NCBI GenBank assembly: GCA_023205875.1 | Contig: CP060758.1 | Coordinates: forward strand, 434,001 to 498,000 | Origin: Chloropicon primus | Lineage: Eukaryota | DNA length: 64,000 nucleotides | Reading direction: 5' to 3' | Shown here: one piece after another, positions 10,169 to 21,600 of the stretch | How the letters are laid out: every line of letters starts with the position of its first letter | How positions within the stretch are numbered: the first letter of the stretch is position 1 | Made by a program: the position numbers and the translations under genes | The notes under the pieces: model-generated | What the model was told of the DNA's origin: nothing | Database searches by the model: none | The model's input: only the letters and a program-made list of their open reading frames with translations

Positions 10169-11084
10169 TCACTCTTCCTCCTTGACCTTGACAATGGAAG
10201 GGGCCGTCTTGCTTGGTCTTCTCTTCGACGAACGACGAGGTTTGCAGAGCCCGACCTCTTCTAGGTATTCTCTCTTCACAATACATTGCTGCCTGTCACT
10301 CAGCTTAAGAGATGCGTCCGCAGAGATGATCCTCAACGCCTCGTTGTAGTCCGCGATCTCCCTCTTCTTCTCCGGCGACTTGCTGTCATAACGCTGGGCC
10401 TCCTGCACGGCTTCGGCGTACTCCTCCTCCGTCATCAGGCCGGACTCGAGAGCCTCTCTCAAATCCAAAGCATAGGGAGAAGGAGAAGGAGAACTTGTTG
10501 TGTTGCTGTTGCTGTTGTTGGCGGTGGCGGTGGCGGTGGTGTTGGAGTCCTCCTCATTCAGGTTGTCAGTGGTTGATCGATTCAAGTATTCCTTGGCGAT
10601 TGCGTATATGTTGCCGGTGCAGTGCGAACAAAGCGGGAGCTCTGTGAACAAGCAGAGCTGACAGTGGCCCGCATTTTCTCTTCAGATCAGTAGAAACAGA
10701 GCCATCTCTCCACCTGAACACATATAGCTTCTTGGCCCGGATCCGGGCAAGGATCTCTTTGGCGCGCAGGCTCCTCTCTCCAGCATCTTGAAGAACGCAA
10801 TAAATGGCATCCCGAAGCGTTCTCCTTCCATTTCCAGTCTTGATAGGAAGTGCGTTGCCTCTCATCATAGTCACCTGCACCTGCGATGACCCAGGCTGAA
10901 AGGACGAACCCGCACCACCACTAGTATCCTCCTCACTGTCGCTCTCCTCTTCGATGATGGTGGTGGAGCCCGTCAAGAAGCTTGCCAAAGGCTCCCCGTC
11001 CATGTCCATGGCGGTGACACCTGGGGGCAACCCTCCTCCCTTGTCGTCATCACCACCGTGGTCGGCCCTCGTCGCCGCGATCAT
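10169..11084 (-). pseudogene. HARE-HTH-like gene, apparently split across three frames
   Basis: TLRDAIYCVLQDAGERSLRAKEILARI (ORF 10566-11129), then RATVSSACSQSSRFVRTAPATY (frame 10582-10674), then YAIAKEYL.. (ORF 10169-10651). Confidence 0.5.
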
Positions 11085-11390
11085 CGACCTGGTACTTACA
11101 ACCGATCCTACAACCGATTGCGGAGACAAAATTTATCAAACCTTTGAATGCAGCTCTCAAGGTTGATTTACGATCAATGATCGGCAGAGAGCAAGGAGCG
11201 ATCGCGATCGATCACAAGACGGGCACACACGGACGGCGGCGACGACAGACAGAAGCACGGGATCGATCGTCGGGAGGAAGAAGAGCGCACACGGACCGGA
11301 CGGCATCCCCACCTCGTCTGTAACGCTTCTTAAGGCCGCGACGACTTGCTTGACGTAACGGCCTGAAGCGGTCGACGACTTGACGCGGGG

Positions 11391-12779
11391 ATGGCGGGTT
11401 CAAGAGGTTTTGCCGCCCTGGCTGCGGTGGCTGCGGTAGTGGTGGCGGTGCTGATCGGGTCGGGCGAGGCCAGGGCGATCGTGAGCGGGTTCACCACGGA
11501 GGAGGACCTGAGGAAGCTGTTTCAGCTCTCGGAGGCGGAGATGCCCGAGGTGTACCTCGACATGAACGTGGAGACGACGGCGGACTTTCTGAACTTGAGC
11601 AGGAGGGAGGCGACCCTCGCGTCCTTCCTGGGCACTGATCCGACCGCCGCCGCGGGGAACGACATCACTACCGAGACCGTGGTGAGCTGCGACCCCGAGT
11701 ACTCCGTCTTCGGGACCCTGGAGCGCGGGGGTGGCAACCTCGGCGCTTACGACTTTGACCTGACCGTGAGCGCCCTGGAGGGCACCGGCATCTCCGCCCT
11801 GCTGGAGGCCAAGCCGGAGGCCGGGGACTTCAAGGCGTACGTCCTCGTCGCCCCGACCGACTCGGCTTGGGTGAAGCTCAAGCAGCAGCTGGAGGCGAGC
11901 CCCTCGTCCGAGAGCGAGGCCTTGCCCCTGCAGTCTCTCCTGACGTACCAGATCTACGGGGAGACGAACCAGACCCTGTTCAACGCGGTCAAGGACGTGG
12001 TGAACGGGACCTTCTTCGCGGACGCCCCGTTCTCCTTCTTTCTGAACGTTCCCATCGACATGCTGGACGGGAACGCCACGGTCCTCTCCACGGGCAGCAC
12101 GAGCGGCGTCCCGCCGGAGCTGAACGGGTCGCCGATCCTCGCCCTCGAGCCGGCCTGCAACGGGGTGATCCTGGCCGTGGACGACGTCCTCCTCCCCGGG
12201 GCAGCGGTGAAGCAGTACATGGGGAGGCCGGAGGACATGGCGCCGGCCCATGGAGGGTGCTCCGACGTCGTGCCCCCCTCCCCGCTCGGAACGGAGTGGA
12301 CGTGCCAGGACCAGAAGTACTGGGGCAAGTGCCAGGAGTACTGGATGTGGGCCGGGGACTACTGCAAGCAGACCTGCGGGTACTGCGGGCTTGACGAGTT
12401 TCCTTACGCCTACGGCGGGGCCGCGGCCGCGTCCCGGAGCAGGGAGGGCGACGGGCAGGAGGAGGAGGAGGCCCCCACCAGGTACGTCGACCCTTGCGCC
12501 TGCAGCCCGGACGGGGTCTCCGGGGGCGTGTACACGGGCGTCGCGGGCTGCGACACGATGACGGCCTCCCAGCTGATGGGCATGGCCTACGCGTCCTCCG
12601 TGTCGGACTCCAGCGCGGCCATCAACGTGGGAAGGCAGTTTGGGTCCCGGTTTGACGGAATCCTCCCGGGGGGGACCCCGGAGTTCAACTACTGCTACGT
12701 GGTGCAGCCGGGAGAGTGCAGCCAGGTGTACACCGAGCCCAGTCCCTTCTTCGAGGGCGTCAGGTGGAGGTTCTGCTGA
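11391..12779 (+). CDS. Secreted fasciclin (FAS1)-domain protein with two Cys-rich modules
   Basis: Signal peptide. FAS1 motifs VLVAPTDSAW and ACNGVILAVDDVLLP. CSDVVPP..TCQDQKYWGKC..WM..YCKQTCGYC module and a terminal Cys-rich module. Confidence 0.8.
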   Translation: MAGSRGFAALAAVAAVVVAVLIGSGEARAIVSGFTTEEDLRKLFQLSEAEMPEVYLDMNVETTADFLNLSRREATLASFLGTDPTAAAGNDITTETVVSCDPEYSVFGTLERGGGNLGAYDFDLTVSALEGTGISALLEAKPEAGDFKAYVLVAPTDSAWVKLKQQLEASPSSESEALPLQSLLTYQIYGETNQTLFNAVKDVVNGTFFADAPFSFFLNVPIDMLDGNATVLSTGSTSGVPPELNGSPILALEPACNGVILAVDDVLLPGAAVKQYMGRPEDMAPAHGGCSDVVPPSPLGTEWTCQDQKYWGKCQEYWMWAGDYCKQTCGYCGLDEFPYAYGGAAAASRSREGDGQEEEEAPTRYVDPCACSPDGVSGGVYTGVAGCDTMTASQLMGMAYASSVSDSSAAINVGRQFGSRFDGILPGGTPEFNYCYVVQPGECSQVYTEPSPFFEGVRWRFC

Positions 12780-13039
12780 GGAGGAGGAGGAACTTGAGGG
12801 GAGGGGGAATTTAGTAACGTCAAGTAAAGTCAAGAAGGAGGCGTGTGTGTCAATGTAGTAACACAGTAGTCAGTCAAGCGTGTGTCAATTTCGTTTCGTT
12901 TCGTTCAGGATAGGTCTTGTTTTGGGTTTGTCCGTGGGGATAGGACGTCTTATCCCTTAAGAGGGAGGATTAATAGGATCGAGGATGAAGATGATCTCAT
13001 TTCGGTAGCAGCTGCAGGTTCTGCTGGTTGGAGGAGGTG

Positions 13040-13160
13040 AGGTCACCTTGAGATTTTGCAGTGGTTGCTTGAGGGGTGCGAGGGGTGCGAGTTGGATGTG
13101 AGGTCACCTTGATGTTTTGCAGTGGTTGCTTGAGGAGCAAGGGGTGCGAGTTGGACGAGA
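13040..13160 (+). pseudogene. Relic of ankyrin-like repeats
   Basis: GGTCACCTTGA..TTGCAGTGGTTG occurs twice (GHLEILQWL, GHLDVLQWL), matching the repeats of the gene at 17615-18586; no intact ORF. Confidence 0.7.
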
Positions 13161-13758
13161 GGAGGAAGGAGAGGGGCAGTCAGGGGATGCGGGCGGGCGA
13201 TTCCGAGTTCCAAGGCCCTCGGGTGCCTCCTTCTGCGACCCACCTCCCCCTGCATCAGAAGACTCCATCGCGGCGACGAGAATCATCGACTCCTCATCGA
13301 GGCAATTGTTGATGAGCTTGACCTCCTCGGTTCGACAAGCTGACTTGCAGAGCTCCATGAACTTTGCTGTTTGCTCGGCAGACCAACGATTGACGTGGTC
13401 TGCGTCGTTGATTTCGTCGAACTTGCGCTGGAACGCCTTCACCTGGTCTCGGCATTCCTCCTGGTCGAACCTCCCCGACACCATTCTCGTCCCATCGCTG
13501 GCGTCTCGCCTCGTCCACCAGTGTAGGGTCGTCACTTCTCCCGTGGGATAACACGATTTGCTTCTCCCCTTCGCTCCATCTGGGAGCCCTCTTCTTCGTC
13601 GCCCTCCCCTTCTTCTTCGGGTGGTGCTTGACCAAGACCATGGTCCTCTCTCCAGCTCCCGCCAGGTCACACACCTCCTCGCCGTCGTCGTCGTCCTCGT
13701 CGTCAGCCGTTACCATCAACGATCTCGTTTCCCGGCGGCTCTCTCTCGACCGTCGCAT
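13160..13758 (-). pseudogene. Frameshifted SANT/Myb-like gene
   Basis: RWSEGEKQIVL..RQRWD in one frame continues as RMVSGRFDQEECRDQ..RWSAEQTAKF in another; the shift is near 13485-13495. Confidence 0.45.
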
Positions 13759-13817
13759 CTCGAACCGTAACTAACGTCTCTCACCGAATCATTGTCTCAC
13801 GGAGCATAAATATAAGT

Positions 13818-13906
13818 TGATTCCTCCGAGGATCGAACTCGGCACCTTTCGCGGACAAACTGAAATGTTGTTAGGCGAATGTCATAACCAACTAGACCAA
13901 GGAATC
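13818..13906 (-). tRNA. tRNA-Val(AAC) with a 15-nt intron (13854-13868) at 37/38
   Basis: Acceptor GATTCCT/AGGAATC+A. Anticodon arm TTCGC-CT-AAC-A|intron|C-GCGAA. T arm CCGAG-TTCGATC-CTCGG. Confidence 0.93.
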
Positions 13907-14176
13907 CCTGTATCCCAAGTGGGATTTCAACTGTCGAAATCTTCGGAATTACAATATATATATCCCTGGGACGGTAGGTTTCCCCATGTGGAAAACCTAC
14001 TCTCAAGACTCGCGAGATTCCCCGTCTTATCCAGAATCTCGTCCAATCCCCAGCCCCCCCCCAAATCCGATCCGCAATCCGATCCATTCAGGATCGAGAG
14101 ATCGATCGAACCGCCGGCGACACCTCTGTGACCCACGACGACGACGACGACGACAACAGAAGGAGGAAGGAATAGA

Positions 14177-14944
14177 ATGACTTCGTTTGCATCGGGAAGG
14201 ACCACCGGCCTGAAGGCCAAGACCGCCACCTCTTCACCCACGAGGGTGACGACGAGGGCGCGCCGCACCGTGGCCAAGGCCGGGGACAGCGTGTGGTACG
14301 GGCCGGACAGGCCCAAGTGGCTCGGGCCCTTCTCCGATGGGGCTGTGCCCTCTTACCTTTCCGGGGAGTTCGCCGGGGACTACGGCTGGGACTCGGCCGG
14401 GCTCTCCGCGGACCCGCAGACCTTCGCGGCGTACAGGGAGTGCGAGCTCATCCACGCCAGGTGGGCCATGCTCGGCGCCCTCGGGTGCGTCGGGCCCGAG
14501 ATCACCGGGGACGGGATGGCCCCCAACCCCTGGTTCAAGCAGGGAGCCCTGATCTTCGCGGACGGCGGGCTCGACTACCTCGGGAACTCCAACCTGGTCC
14601 ACGCCCAGAGCATCATGGCCATCTTGGGCTGCCAGGTCGTCCTCATGGGACTCGCCGAGGCCTACAGATCCAACGGAGGCCCAGCCGGCGAGGGGCTCGA
14701 CTCCCTCCACCCCGGTGGGTACTTCGATCCCCTCGGGCTCGCTGATGACCCGGACACCTTCGCGGAGCTCAAGGTCAAGGAGATCAAGAACGGAAGGCTC
14801 GCCATGTTCTCCATGTTCGGGTTCTACGTCCAGGCCATCGTCACCGGAAAGGGACCCGTCCAGAACTGGCAGGAGCACATCGCGGACCCATACGCCGTCA
14901 ACGGGTTCACCGAGGTCTTCGCCACCAAGTTCACCCCTAACTAA
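14177..14944 (+). CDS. LHCBM: Major light-harvesting chlorophyll a/b-binding protein of LHCII
   Basis: [50 protein letters not shown]; transit peptide. Confidence 0.95.
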   Translation: MTSFASGRTTGLKAKTATSSPTRVTTRARRTVAKAGDSVWYGPDRPKWLGPFSDGAVPSYLSGEFAGDYGWDSAGLSADPQTFAAYRECELIHARWAMLGALGCVGPEITGDGMAPNPWFKQGALIFADGGLDYLGNSNLVHAQSIMAILGCQVVLMGLAEAYRSNGGPAGEGLDSLHPGGYFDPLGLADDPDTFAELKVKEIKNGRLAMFSMFGFYVQAIVTGKGPVQNWQEHIADPYAVNGFTEVFATKFTPN

Positions 14945-15611
14945 GCAGCGCTGCGCTGCGCTGCGCTAAAGAAGAAGAAGACAACAACTCGATTCAAACA
15001 AACAAAAAAAGAATCCATGCATTCAACCAATTCCAACGATGCTTTCGTCGTCGTCGTCGTCTCTCTCTCTCTCTTCTTCTCTCTCTTCTTCTCTCTCTTC
15101 TTCTTCTCTCTCTCTCCTTTACAGCTCGTCGGGCAGGCAGAAGCCGTCGCTCTGCTCGCTCCTGCTCAAGGTCAAGGAGATCAAGAACGGAAGGCTCGCC
15201 ATGTTCTCCATGTTCGGGTTCTACGTCCAGGCCATCGTCACCGGAAAGGGACCCGTCCAGAACTGGCAGGAGCACATCGCGGACCCATACGCCGTCAACG
15301 GGTTCACCGAGGTCTTCGCCACCAAGTTCACCCCTAACTAAGCAGCGCTGCGCTGCGCTAAAGAAGAAGAAGACAACAACAACTCGATTCAAACAAACAA
15401 AAACAAAAAAAGAATCCATGCATTCAACCAATTCCAACGATGCTTTCGTCGTCGTCGTCGTCGTCGTCTCTCTCTCTTCTTCTCTCTCTTCTTCTCTCTC
15501 TTCTTCTCTCTCTCTCTCCTTTATTCATTTAAAGACTACTACTACTACTACTAAAACTACTAAAACAGCTCGTCGGGCAGGCAGAAGCCGTCGCTCTGCT
15601 CGCTCCTGCTC
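14767..15611. repeat. Tandem duplication of the shared 3' region of two convergent genes (units 14767-15167 and 15164-15611)
   Basis: The LHC 3' end recurs at 15164-15341. The end of the minus-strand gene (15566-15611) recurs at 15121-15167. The junction is a GCTC microhomology. Confidence 0.92.
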
Positions 15612-16195
15612 TCGCTCAGCAGCGAGTCCCTCTTCAAGCTGTTGTTCGACTGCCTCCTGGACAGGCTCGACGGGAGGAAGACTCCCGTGCCCGGGCTGCT
15701 CGGGGACCCCCCGAAGAAGCTCTGCTGCTGCTGGTGCTGCTGCGGGTGCTGCTGCTGCGGGTTCCCGGGGTAGTACGGTGGGGGGCTGAAGCTCTGCTGT
15801 TGCTGCTGCTGCTGCTGCTGCTGCTGGTGGTGGTGGTACTTCAACCCTCGCTGGACCCCCCTGCCCCTGTTGCCGTACGGCGACCCGTGGGGAGGCGTGC
15901 TCTGCTGCTGGTGCTGGTGGTACTGGTACTGGTACGGGCTCTGCTGCATCGCGTACATCTGGCTCTCGCCGCTGAACCCGTGGGGCGAGATCGGGGACAC
16001 GGGGGAGTGCGCCTGCCTCGACCACTGGAGGGAGCCCTGGCTCTGCTTGGGGGGAGGGGTCCAGATGGGGGCCGACGCGTCCAGGCCGCTCGACCTGCTT
16101 CCCACGCTCAGCCTCCTCTCCCTCTCCGCCGCTACCGCGGTGCTCTCCACCGGCGACCCGTACTTGGCTTTACTGCCCTGCCACGAGGACGTCAT
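15560..16195 (-). CDS. Gln/Pro/Ser-rich protein with a PAM2-like motif and a GTGVFLP motif
   Basis: SGLDASAPIWTPP, polyQ tracts, SPGTGVFLP, C-terminal LPDELF. Confidence 0.65.
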   Translation of the reverse strand: MTSSWQGSKAKYGSPVESTAVAAERERRLSVGSRSSGLDASAPIWTPPPKQSQGSLQWSRQAHSPVSPISPHGFSGESQMYAMQQSPYQYQYHQHQQQSTPPHGSPYGNRGRGVQRGLKYHHHQQQQQQQQQQQSFSPPPYYPGNPQQQHPQQHQQQQSFFGGSPSSPGTGVFLPSSLSRRQSNNSLKRDSLLSESRSEQSDGFCLPDELF

Positions 16196-17057
16196 CCTTC
16201 TTTGGGGCTGCAGCTACGAACAACAGACAGACCCCAGAGAAAAGAAAAACAAGGAAAAAACGAAGGAACCGAATCGATCGACTCGCGCTGTCGGTTCGAT
16301 TCAGTTGAGGTCCAAAAAACGCAACGCCGCGTCTCGGTCCCAACCCTTCTCGCTCGCTCGCTCGCTCGCTCGCTCTTGTGGTGGTGGCAAGCCTCTCTCT
16401 CTCTGTCTCTCTCTGTCTCTCTCTGCCACCTCTGGGAACAGGCCAGGTGGCGAATGAACGACGAAGGCGAACCCGTTCGATCGAGGAACTCCGCCGATGC
16501 ACGCGTATCTCCCTCTCCGCTTCTTCCTCTGCACAACTCACGATACCGATGCCTCTCGGGACCTTTGAAACCCAACAATCCTAAGGAATAAATCCTTTTC
16601 CACCTTCTTTCCTCGTTCCACAGGACGCCAAATCTCTCGACCGAGGGGTCCACGGAAAGCGCACGAGACGACCGAAGAGACCAAGCACACAAGAGAGATG
16701 CGTTCCCACACGACAACCCCGCCGACGGAGGGTGTTCCGTGTTGCCGCAGGAATCAAGTAATCCGCCTAATGCGCGTTCGCGTCGCGTCCGCGTCTTTCT
16801 GTTTTTTTTTTTTTTTTTTTTTTTTTTTTGATCATCACATGCCCGTGTCAGAGACCGCGTAACGTAAGACCGCGTTTGCACTGGAACCTCCCGGGAGCCA
16901 CAAACGACGCGTCAGCCAGAGGTGGCAGAGAGTAGCGGGGACCGTGTTATTGCCGAGGATGGTTTGGTGTTTGAACAAGACGGTTATTAGGTGTACGAAA
17001 GGAGGGACACTCGAGAATAGATCCAAGGGCGAAAATCCCGAAACGGCCGATCGATCA

Positions 17058-17520
17058 GAGGGGAAAGAACAGACGAGGGCTTGGAGCGCGCGCGGCGGGG
17101 AGAGAGAGAGAGACAAGGAGGGAGTACAAGAAAGAAGAGGAATCTTTGTCGTCGTCTTCGTCTCTTCTTCTTTCGATCGAGCCGTCTCTTGAAAGGAACG
17201 ACGCTCTGACGAGGATCTGACGACGACGCGAAGACGCGGGCGAGCACCGAGGAGGAGGGGAAAGAACAGACGAGGGCTTGGAGCGCGCGGCGGGAAGAGA
17301 GAGAGAGACAAGGAGAGGACAAGAAAGAAGCGGAATCTTTGTCGTCGTCGTCTCTTCTTCTTTCGATCGAGCCGTCTCGCGAAAAAAACGACGCACGCTC
17401 TGGGACGCGGGCGAGCACCGAGGAGGAGGGGAACAGAGGAAGCGACGAGGGCTTGGAGCGCGCGGCGGAAAGAGAGAGAGAGAGAGACAAGGAGAGTACA
17501 AGAAAGAATCGGAATCTTTG
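17058..17520. repeat. About 2.5 degenerate copies of a ~190-bp unit
   Basis: GACGAGGGCTTGGAGCGCGC..(AG)n..ACAAGGAG..GGAATCTTTG recurs near 17072, 17270 and 17443. Confidence 0.85.
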
Positions 17521-17614
17521 CGGAAGCTTCGTCGCTGCTTGAAAAGGCGGCGAGCATCCTCGTGATCCCCACCAGGAAAGAAAGAAGCAGAGAACGGAGG
17601 AGGCCAAGCACGCG

Positions 17615-18586
17615 TTGGAAGTGCTGCCAGGGAACGCGTGGCTCCTGATCTTCAAGAAGCTCAGCTCCTACGACCATGTCGCCTTCGCCTCGACCTGCAA
17701 CACGTTCCTCGAAGTGGCGAGCCCAGAGAAGAAGAAGAAGAAGAAGAAGAAGAAGAAGGCTCTTTCCCTGAGGACGGACCTGACAAACAAGACGTTGTTC
17801 AACCAGATGCCTTGCTTCAGTTTGAGTTGGTTCCAGTGGGTGTTTCACTCTTTCAAGAGGAAGAAGGGAGAACCGCAACGCTGGGGAAGGGGAAAGTACT
17901 ACGACCACTTGTACGACTCTGACCTGATGCAACTCGCCGCTTTCCAGGGCAGCATCAAGGCGATCAAGTGGTTGAGGAGCCAAGGGGGTATCCCTCTGGA
18001 TATAAAAGGTAAGGATCATGAGATAGCAGCTCCTTCAGGAGCCGCTGCCGGAGGTCATATTGATGTTCTGGAATGGCTGAGGAGCGAGGGGTGCGGGTTT
18101 GATCGGTGGACTTGCCGTGGTGCAGCCATGGGAGGTCACCTTGATGTTCTGCAGTGGCTCCAAAGTCAGGACCCGCCTTGTGATTGGAACGAGTGGACTT
18201 GTGCTGGTGCAGCTCAATTTGGTCACCTTCACATTCTGCAGTGGGCTCGAAGCCAGGACCCGCCTTGCCCTTGGAACGAGTACACTTGTTCTTATGCAGC
18301 TCAATTTGGTCACCTTGACGTTCTGCAGTGGCTCCGAAGCCAGGATCCCCCTTGCCCTTGGAACAGCGAGACTTGTTATAAGGCAGCTGAAGGAGGCCAT
18401 CTCGAAGTTCTGCAGTGGGCTCGAAGCCAGGACCCGCCTTGCCCTTGGAACAAGGAGACTGGTTCCTTCCATCCATTCCCAATCAACCCCTCTTGCCATA
18501 TCGTCGGATTCCATCTCCATCTTCTCCTCATCTCTTCATTCATTCTAGAGGCCAGCAGCCTCCGGAGGATCATCTCACCACCATAA
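17615..18586 (+). pseudogene. F-box-like plus ankyrin-like repeat gene (CPW..TC..AA..GHL.VLQW family); ends probably damaged
   Basis: About six repeats. There is no in-frame ATG between the stop at 17540 and the F-box-like segment, and the last repeat breaks off into non-coding-like sequence after ~18460. Confidence 0.7.
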
Positions 18587-18671
18587 TAATCATCAGAATC
18601 AGAAGAAGAGGCTCGGCTCGGCTCCGGCCCGTCGCACACCAAAACAAACCAACAAACCAACGACGTCAACC

Positions 18672-21600
18672 ATGAACGGCGGCGGCGGCGGTCACCACGA
18701 CGACAGCCGATCGAACCCTTCCGTCCTCCGTCGCGCGCGGCGCGCTTTGGCTCGGTTCACTGGCCTCGGCAGCCCCAGCTACGACGAGTTGGACGAGGAG
18801 GTGGAGTTCACGAAACTCAGCAACGACGACGGTGAGGATGCCAACGACGACGATGCCGAGTCTGAGGCCGAGGACGAGATGCTTTACCGCTCCTCCTCGC
18901 CTTCTTCGTCCTCCTCTCGTCGCCTTTCGCCGGAGGACGAGGCGTCGACTCTGTCGTCGTTGTTCTTCACGTACGTCACTCCGCTGATCCAAAAGGGGTC
19001 GAAGAAGGCGCTCGACACGCAGGACCTTTGGAGGACGGCGGAGGCGGACAGGGTCGGGAACCTGGCGGACGGGTACCGCGCCGCTCAGGACTTTTTGCGT
19101 GACTCGAACAAGAAGTACACGTGCTTCAGGATCCTGGTGAAGCTGCACTGGAGGAGGTTTGCGAGGGCGGGGTGCATCAAGGTGGTGCACGACGGGGTGG
19201 AGCTCTGCGGCCCGCTTCTGCTGCAGAGACTGCTCAAGGCGATCGCGGACGGGGCCCCGGCGTCGGAGAGCGGGGGAATAGCCGTAGTGATGGGGACGCT
19301 GGCGTGCACGCAGACCCTACTCATCAACCAGTACTTTCACATCCTGTTCAGGATCTCCGTCCACACCAAGGTGCAGCTCATCAGCGCGATCTACAGGAAG
19401 GCTCTGACGGTGAGCTCCTCGGGGTACGCCAAGGTCGGCACGGGAAAGGTGAACAACCTTCAGTCCAACGACGCGGCCAAGCTGTGGAACATGCCGCAGT
19501 ACCTCCACCAGCTGTGGAACGCCCCGCTCAAGCTGGTCGCCATCATGGCCATGCTGTCCAGCATCATCCACGTCGTCCCTGCCTTTGTGGGGCTGTGCGT
19601 GACGATCGTCATGATCCCGATGGGTTCCTTCGTCGCCAAGAGGCTGGCGAGGATGAGGAGGGAGCTCCTCAAGAAGACGGACGCGAGGGTCAAGTACGTC
19701 ACGGAGTTCGTCACGGGGATCAAGGCCATGAAGCTCTACGCGTGGGAGAAGGCCTACATGAGGAAAATCACCCAGCTCAGGGAGGAGGAGCTCAGGATGG
19801 TCAGGAGGATAGCCTACCTGAACATCTGCAACATGATGCTCTTCTTCGCCTCGCCCATCCTCGTGGCCCTGGCGGGCTTCTGGACCTACGCCCTCATGGG
19901 GTACACCCTGACGGCCTCCGTGGCCTTCCCGGCCCTCTCGCTGTTCAACATCCTGAGGTTCCCCGTGCTCATGCTCCCCATGCAGATCATGAACCTCATC
20001 AACGCAAAGGTCTCCTTCAAGCGTGTGCAGGACTTCTTCGACCAGGAGGACAGGGAGCTCCTGCCCCCGGCGGCCAAGGCCGACGCCCAGGGCGACGCCC
20101 AGAACGAGGAGGCGGTGACCATAAGGAACGGGGACTTCGCGTGGGCCAAGGACTCGGCCCTCGTGCTGAAGAACGTCAACCTCTCCGTGAAGAGGGGGGA
20201 GCTCGTCATGGTGGTGGGCCAGGTGGGCAGCGGCAAGAGCAGCCTGCTGAGCGCCATGCTCGGGGAGATGGTGTGCAAGAACGGGGGGTGCACCGTGGCG
20301 GGCACGTGCGCCTTCACCTCGCAGGAGCCGTGGATTCAGAACGCCTCGCTCAGGGACAACATCCTGGCCTCCGCGTCGAACAAGGGAAACTACGACAAGG
20401 CCAAGTACGAGGGGGTCCTGGACGCCTGCGCGCTGAGGGCCGACCTGGAGATCCTCCCGGGCGGGGATCTCGCGGAGATCGGGGAGAAGGGGATCAACAT
20501 CAGCGGGGGGCAGAAGCACAGGATTGCCCTGGCCAGGTCGGTGTACGCGGACGCGGACATCTACCTGCTGGACGACCCGCTCTCCGCGGTGGACGCCCAC
20601 GTGTCCAGGCACATCTTCGAGGAGTGCGTGAAGGGCACCCTGGCCAGCAAGACGAGGATCTTGGTCACCCACCAGGTCCAGTTCGCTGCAGAGGTGGACA
20701 GGATCTTGGTGTTCAAGGACGGGTGCCTGGAGCACTCGGGCACCTACGAGGAGTTGAGCCAGGCCGGTGTCGCCTTCAGCCAGTTCCAGGGGGATCAGGA
20801 GGAGGACGGGGAGGAGGGGGAGGGGAACCAAGCCGGAGAGGCCCAGGACCCCGGCTCCAAGAGCAAGGGAAGCGCCCAGGCGGTGAATGGCAAGGCCGCC
20901 CCGCCTGGGAAGCCCGGGGCCCAGGGTGCCATGATGAAGAAGAGCCCCTCGACCGGGGCCCTAGTCAAGGCGGAGGAGAGGAGCAAGGGAAGGGTGAAGA
21001 AGGCCGTGTACGTGAAGTACATCCGCTCTTGCGGCCCCTACCTGATCCTCCCGATCATCTTTATCTGCTGCGCGTTCACGGAGCGGGGCCTGCAAGTCGG
21101 GCAGAACTTTGTTCTCGCCGACTGGAGCAACGAGGAGGACGACAGCTGGAGGAGCGTCAAGTACTACCTGATGTTCTACTCGCTCCTGGCCGCCTCTTCC
21201 ATCGGTTTCCTGGGCTTGAGGTCGTTCACCATGGCGAACGGGTCCTTCTCGGCCTCCAAGGCGATGCACTCGGGGCTGCTGACAAAGGTCGGCTCCCTTC
21301 CCATGTCCTTCTTTGACTCCCAGCCGTCCGGGAGGCTGATCAACAGGTTCACGAGGGACACCGAGTCCCTGGACTCCACGATCAGCCAGTCGCTGAACTC
21401 TGCCACGGTGTGCGCGGTGTCGACTTTCTTCTCCGTGTTCGTTGTGTGCTGGGTGACTCCGCTGGTGATCCTGATGATCGTCCCGGTCTCCCTGCTCTAC
21501 CTGAGGGTGCAGCTGTTCTACATCGGCGCCAGCAGGGAGCTCAAGAGACTGGATTCCCTGGCCATGTCCCCCATCTTCTCCAACTTTGTGGAGACGCTCC

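Noticed and set aside
16802..16829. Poly(T) tract as a retroposon tail (also ~6815-6836)
   Set aside because: No target-site duplication or element body could be identified.
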